Shown here one piece after another: positions 62,472 to 64,000 of a stretch of 64,000 bases of DNA (position 1 is the first letter of the stretch; each line of letters begins with the position of its first letter). Location of the stretch: positions 64,001-128,000 of the forward strand of contig CAWFSF010000005.1 in assembly GCA_963818475.1 (NCBI GenBank), in the 5' to 3' direction. Source of the DNA: Nitrospirota bacterium. Its GTDB lineage: Bacteria; Nitrospirota; UBA9217. The notes under the pieces were generated by a model. The model was not told the origin of the DNA and did no database searches. It saw nothing but the letters and a program-made list of their open reading frames with translations. The position numbers and the translations under genes were made by a program.

Positions 62472-62891
62472 ATGGTTGAAGCAAAAGTGACACTGGTCAA
62501 CGGGATGCAATTTTCAGGGACTGCCACGTCAGGCCATACGCTGACCATGGACGCTGATGAGGCCGTAGGCGGCGGCAACACCGGGTTCCGCCCCACGGAA
62601 CTGCTTCTGGTGGGCTTCGGCGGCTGCTCGGGCATGGACGTGATCTCCATTCTCAGGAAGAAACGGCAGCAGGTGACCGGCCTCGAGATCAATGTCAAGG
62701 GAGAGAAGTCGGACACCGCCCCGAAGATCTACAAGGAAGTCCACATCGAATACGTAGTGACCGGCAAGGGTGTGGAGCAGCAGGCGGTAGAGCGGGCGAT
62801 CATGCTCTCTTTGGAGAAGTATTGCTCGGTAGGTGCGACGCTGGCCAAGGCCGGCACGATAACGCACAGCTTCAGGATCGTGGAAGGTTAA
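62472..62891 (+). CDS. OsmC family protein (YhfA-like)
   Basis: GFRPTELLL..GGCSGMDV...LSLEKYCSV; AAGGAG RBS. Confidence 0.92.
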   Translation: MVEAKVTLVNGMQFSGTATSGHTLTMDADEAVGGGNTGFRPTELLLVGFGGCSGMDVISILRKKRQQVTGLEINVKGEKSDTAPKIYKEVHIEYVVTGKGVEQQAVERAIMLSLEKYCSVGATLAKAGTITHSFRIVEG

Positions 62892-63006
62892 CTACTGACA
62901 ACGGCAGTTGGACGGATCTGAGCGCCGATAGGGCCGGCCTTCAGATGGAAAGAATTTTCATCAGTATCCGCGTTCATCAGATTTTATCCGCGTCCAGATG
63001 CCCTTT

Positions 63007-63663
63007 TCATGCCCTTCTCTTCATCTCTTCCAGTTCCTTTTTCAGAACATCGATCTGCACTTGCATGTCGATAAACCGGTCCGCAATGGGGTCGGGAATG
63101 TGAATGTGGTCCATGAGGGCCTCATCGGCGACCCGTTCGTCCTTGATCCTCACGATCTTGCCGGGAATGCCGACCACCGTGGAATGGTCGGGCACGTCCT
63201 GGAGCACCACGGCATTGGCCCCGACCTTGACGTAGTCCCCTATCGTGATCGGACCGAGCACCTTCGCGCCGGCGCCCACGACCACATGGCTGCCGAGCGT
63301 GGGATGCCGTTTGCCCCGCTGCTTGCCGGTGCCCCCCAGCGTCACCCCCTGGAAAAGCGTCACGTTGTTCCCGACCTCGCTGGTCTCGCCGATAACGACG
63401 CCCATGCCGTGGTCGATGAACATGCCCGAACCGATGGTCGCGCCGGGATGGATCTCGATGCCGGTAAAAAACCGCGCAAGCTGCGACAGGGCACGGGGCA
63501 CAAAGGGAATACGCCGCTTCCATAGCCAGTGCCCAAGCCGGTAGGACAACAGCGCATGGAACCCCGCGTAGGTCAGGACGACCTCAAGCCTGCTCGTCGC
63601 CGCGGGGTCCATGGAAAGCGCCGCGTGAAAATCTTTTTTTATTTTATCGAACGTCTCGCGCAT
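63007..63663 (-). CDS. cysE: Serine O-acetyltransferase
   Basis: [44 protein letters not shown]. Confidence 0.96.
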   Translation of the reverse strand: MRETFDKIKKDFHAALSMDPAATSRLEVVLTYAGFHALLSYRLGHWLWKRRIPFVPRALSQLARFFTGIEIHPGATIGSGMFIDHGMGVVIGETSEVGNNVTLFQGVTLGGTGKQRGKRHPTLGSHVVVGAGAKVLGPITIGDYVKVGANAVVLQDVPDHSTVVGIPGKIVRIKDERVADEALMDHIHIPDPIADRFIDMQVQIDVLKKELEEMKRRA

Positions 63664-63669
63664 AATTCA

Positions 63670-63758
63670 ATTTCGCATTGCGGATTGCGGATTTCGGAAT
63701 AACTGCATGTCGGCGTTTTTGTTTTTAATCCGCAATCTGCAATCCGAAATCCGCAATC
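63670..63758. repeat. Inverted heptamer (AATCCGM) repeat element
   Basis: ttgcggattgcggatttcgga facing aatccgcaatctgcaatccgaaatccgcaat. Confidence 0.8.
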
Positions 63759-63759
63759 A

Positions 63760-64000
63760 TCACTCCCTCAGCCACCCCGGCGGGACACCGGCCTTTCGCG
63801 CCTCGTCAGGAAGAACAACTTCGACCATATGCCTGGCCTCGTCGATCTCTGCCTGGGTGTCCTTCAGGGCTTGTTCCACCTGGACGAACTCTGCGACCGT
63901 CGGGGGCGGGGCCAGGGACAGCGACCCCCATGGCGCCAGCAGGTCCGTCCGCCGCTGCTGCAGGGACTGATAACGTTGTTCCGCTTGCCGCAGTTTATCC
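63760..64000 (-). CDS. C-terminus of a coiled-coil hypothetical protein (runs off window)
   Basis: Open frame ending ...LPDEARKAGVPPGWLRE*. Confidence 0.65.
   Translation of the reverse strand, partial: DKLRQAEQRYQSLQQRRTDLLAPWGSLSLAPPPTVAEFVQVEQALKDTQAEIDEARHMVEVVLPDEARKAGVPPGWLRE

Overview
A 64 kb bacterial chromosomal window, mostly high-GC, with nearly all genes on the minus strand. Gene content and style suggest an anaerobic Nitrospirota- or Desulfobacterota-like genome (inference). Many genes are split by single-base indels, most likely long-read consensus errors. (1) 1-5.8 kb: a pgpA / HATPase / STAS-wHTH / cinA gene string interrupted by about 3.5 kb of partly low-GC cassettes. The insert carries two degenerate attC-like sites with no integrase in the window, and a REP-flanked RAYT. 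(2) 6-12 kb: OM barrels, a probable Sec-containing rhodanese-ferritin fusion (in-frame UGA plus SECIS-like hairpin), a Dus protein, and an orphan GroES with a histone-H1-like tail. (3) 12-25 kb: a chemosensory cluster with a sigma54-type promoter (STAS-cheA-MCP-cheW-barrel-MCP-cheW-MCP-cheR-cheD-cheB) and no cheY. (4) 25-33 kb: housekeeping-type genes (csp, CoA-dehydratase activase fusion, DUF4388-DnaJ-TPR, sirC-like, bamD). (5) 33-60.5 kb: a phosphate-starvation super-cluster bounded by pstSCAB-phoU and phoB-phoR. Nine promoters in it share an identical geometry of four 11-bp Pho-box-like repeats plus a -10 box at fixed spacing. They precede a GT21 glycosyltransferase with a PHP hydrolase, a second sensor cascade, a secreted metallophosphoesterase, a decayed cytochrome c7, duplicated small proteins, porin-psiE-GH1, and a TPR / GYNPNSSS membrane peptide / radical SAM-SPASM / membrane protein operon. 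That last operon is the best candidate for an undescribed system. (6) 60.7-64 kb: tRNA-Leu(CAG), an IS1202/ISNCY-like element with a 16-bp target duplication in a 13-bp tandem array, an OsmC-family gene and cysE.
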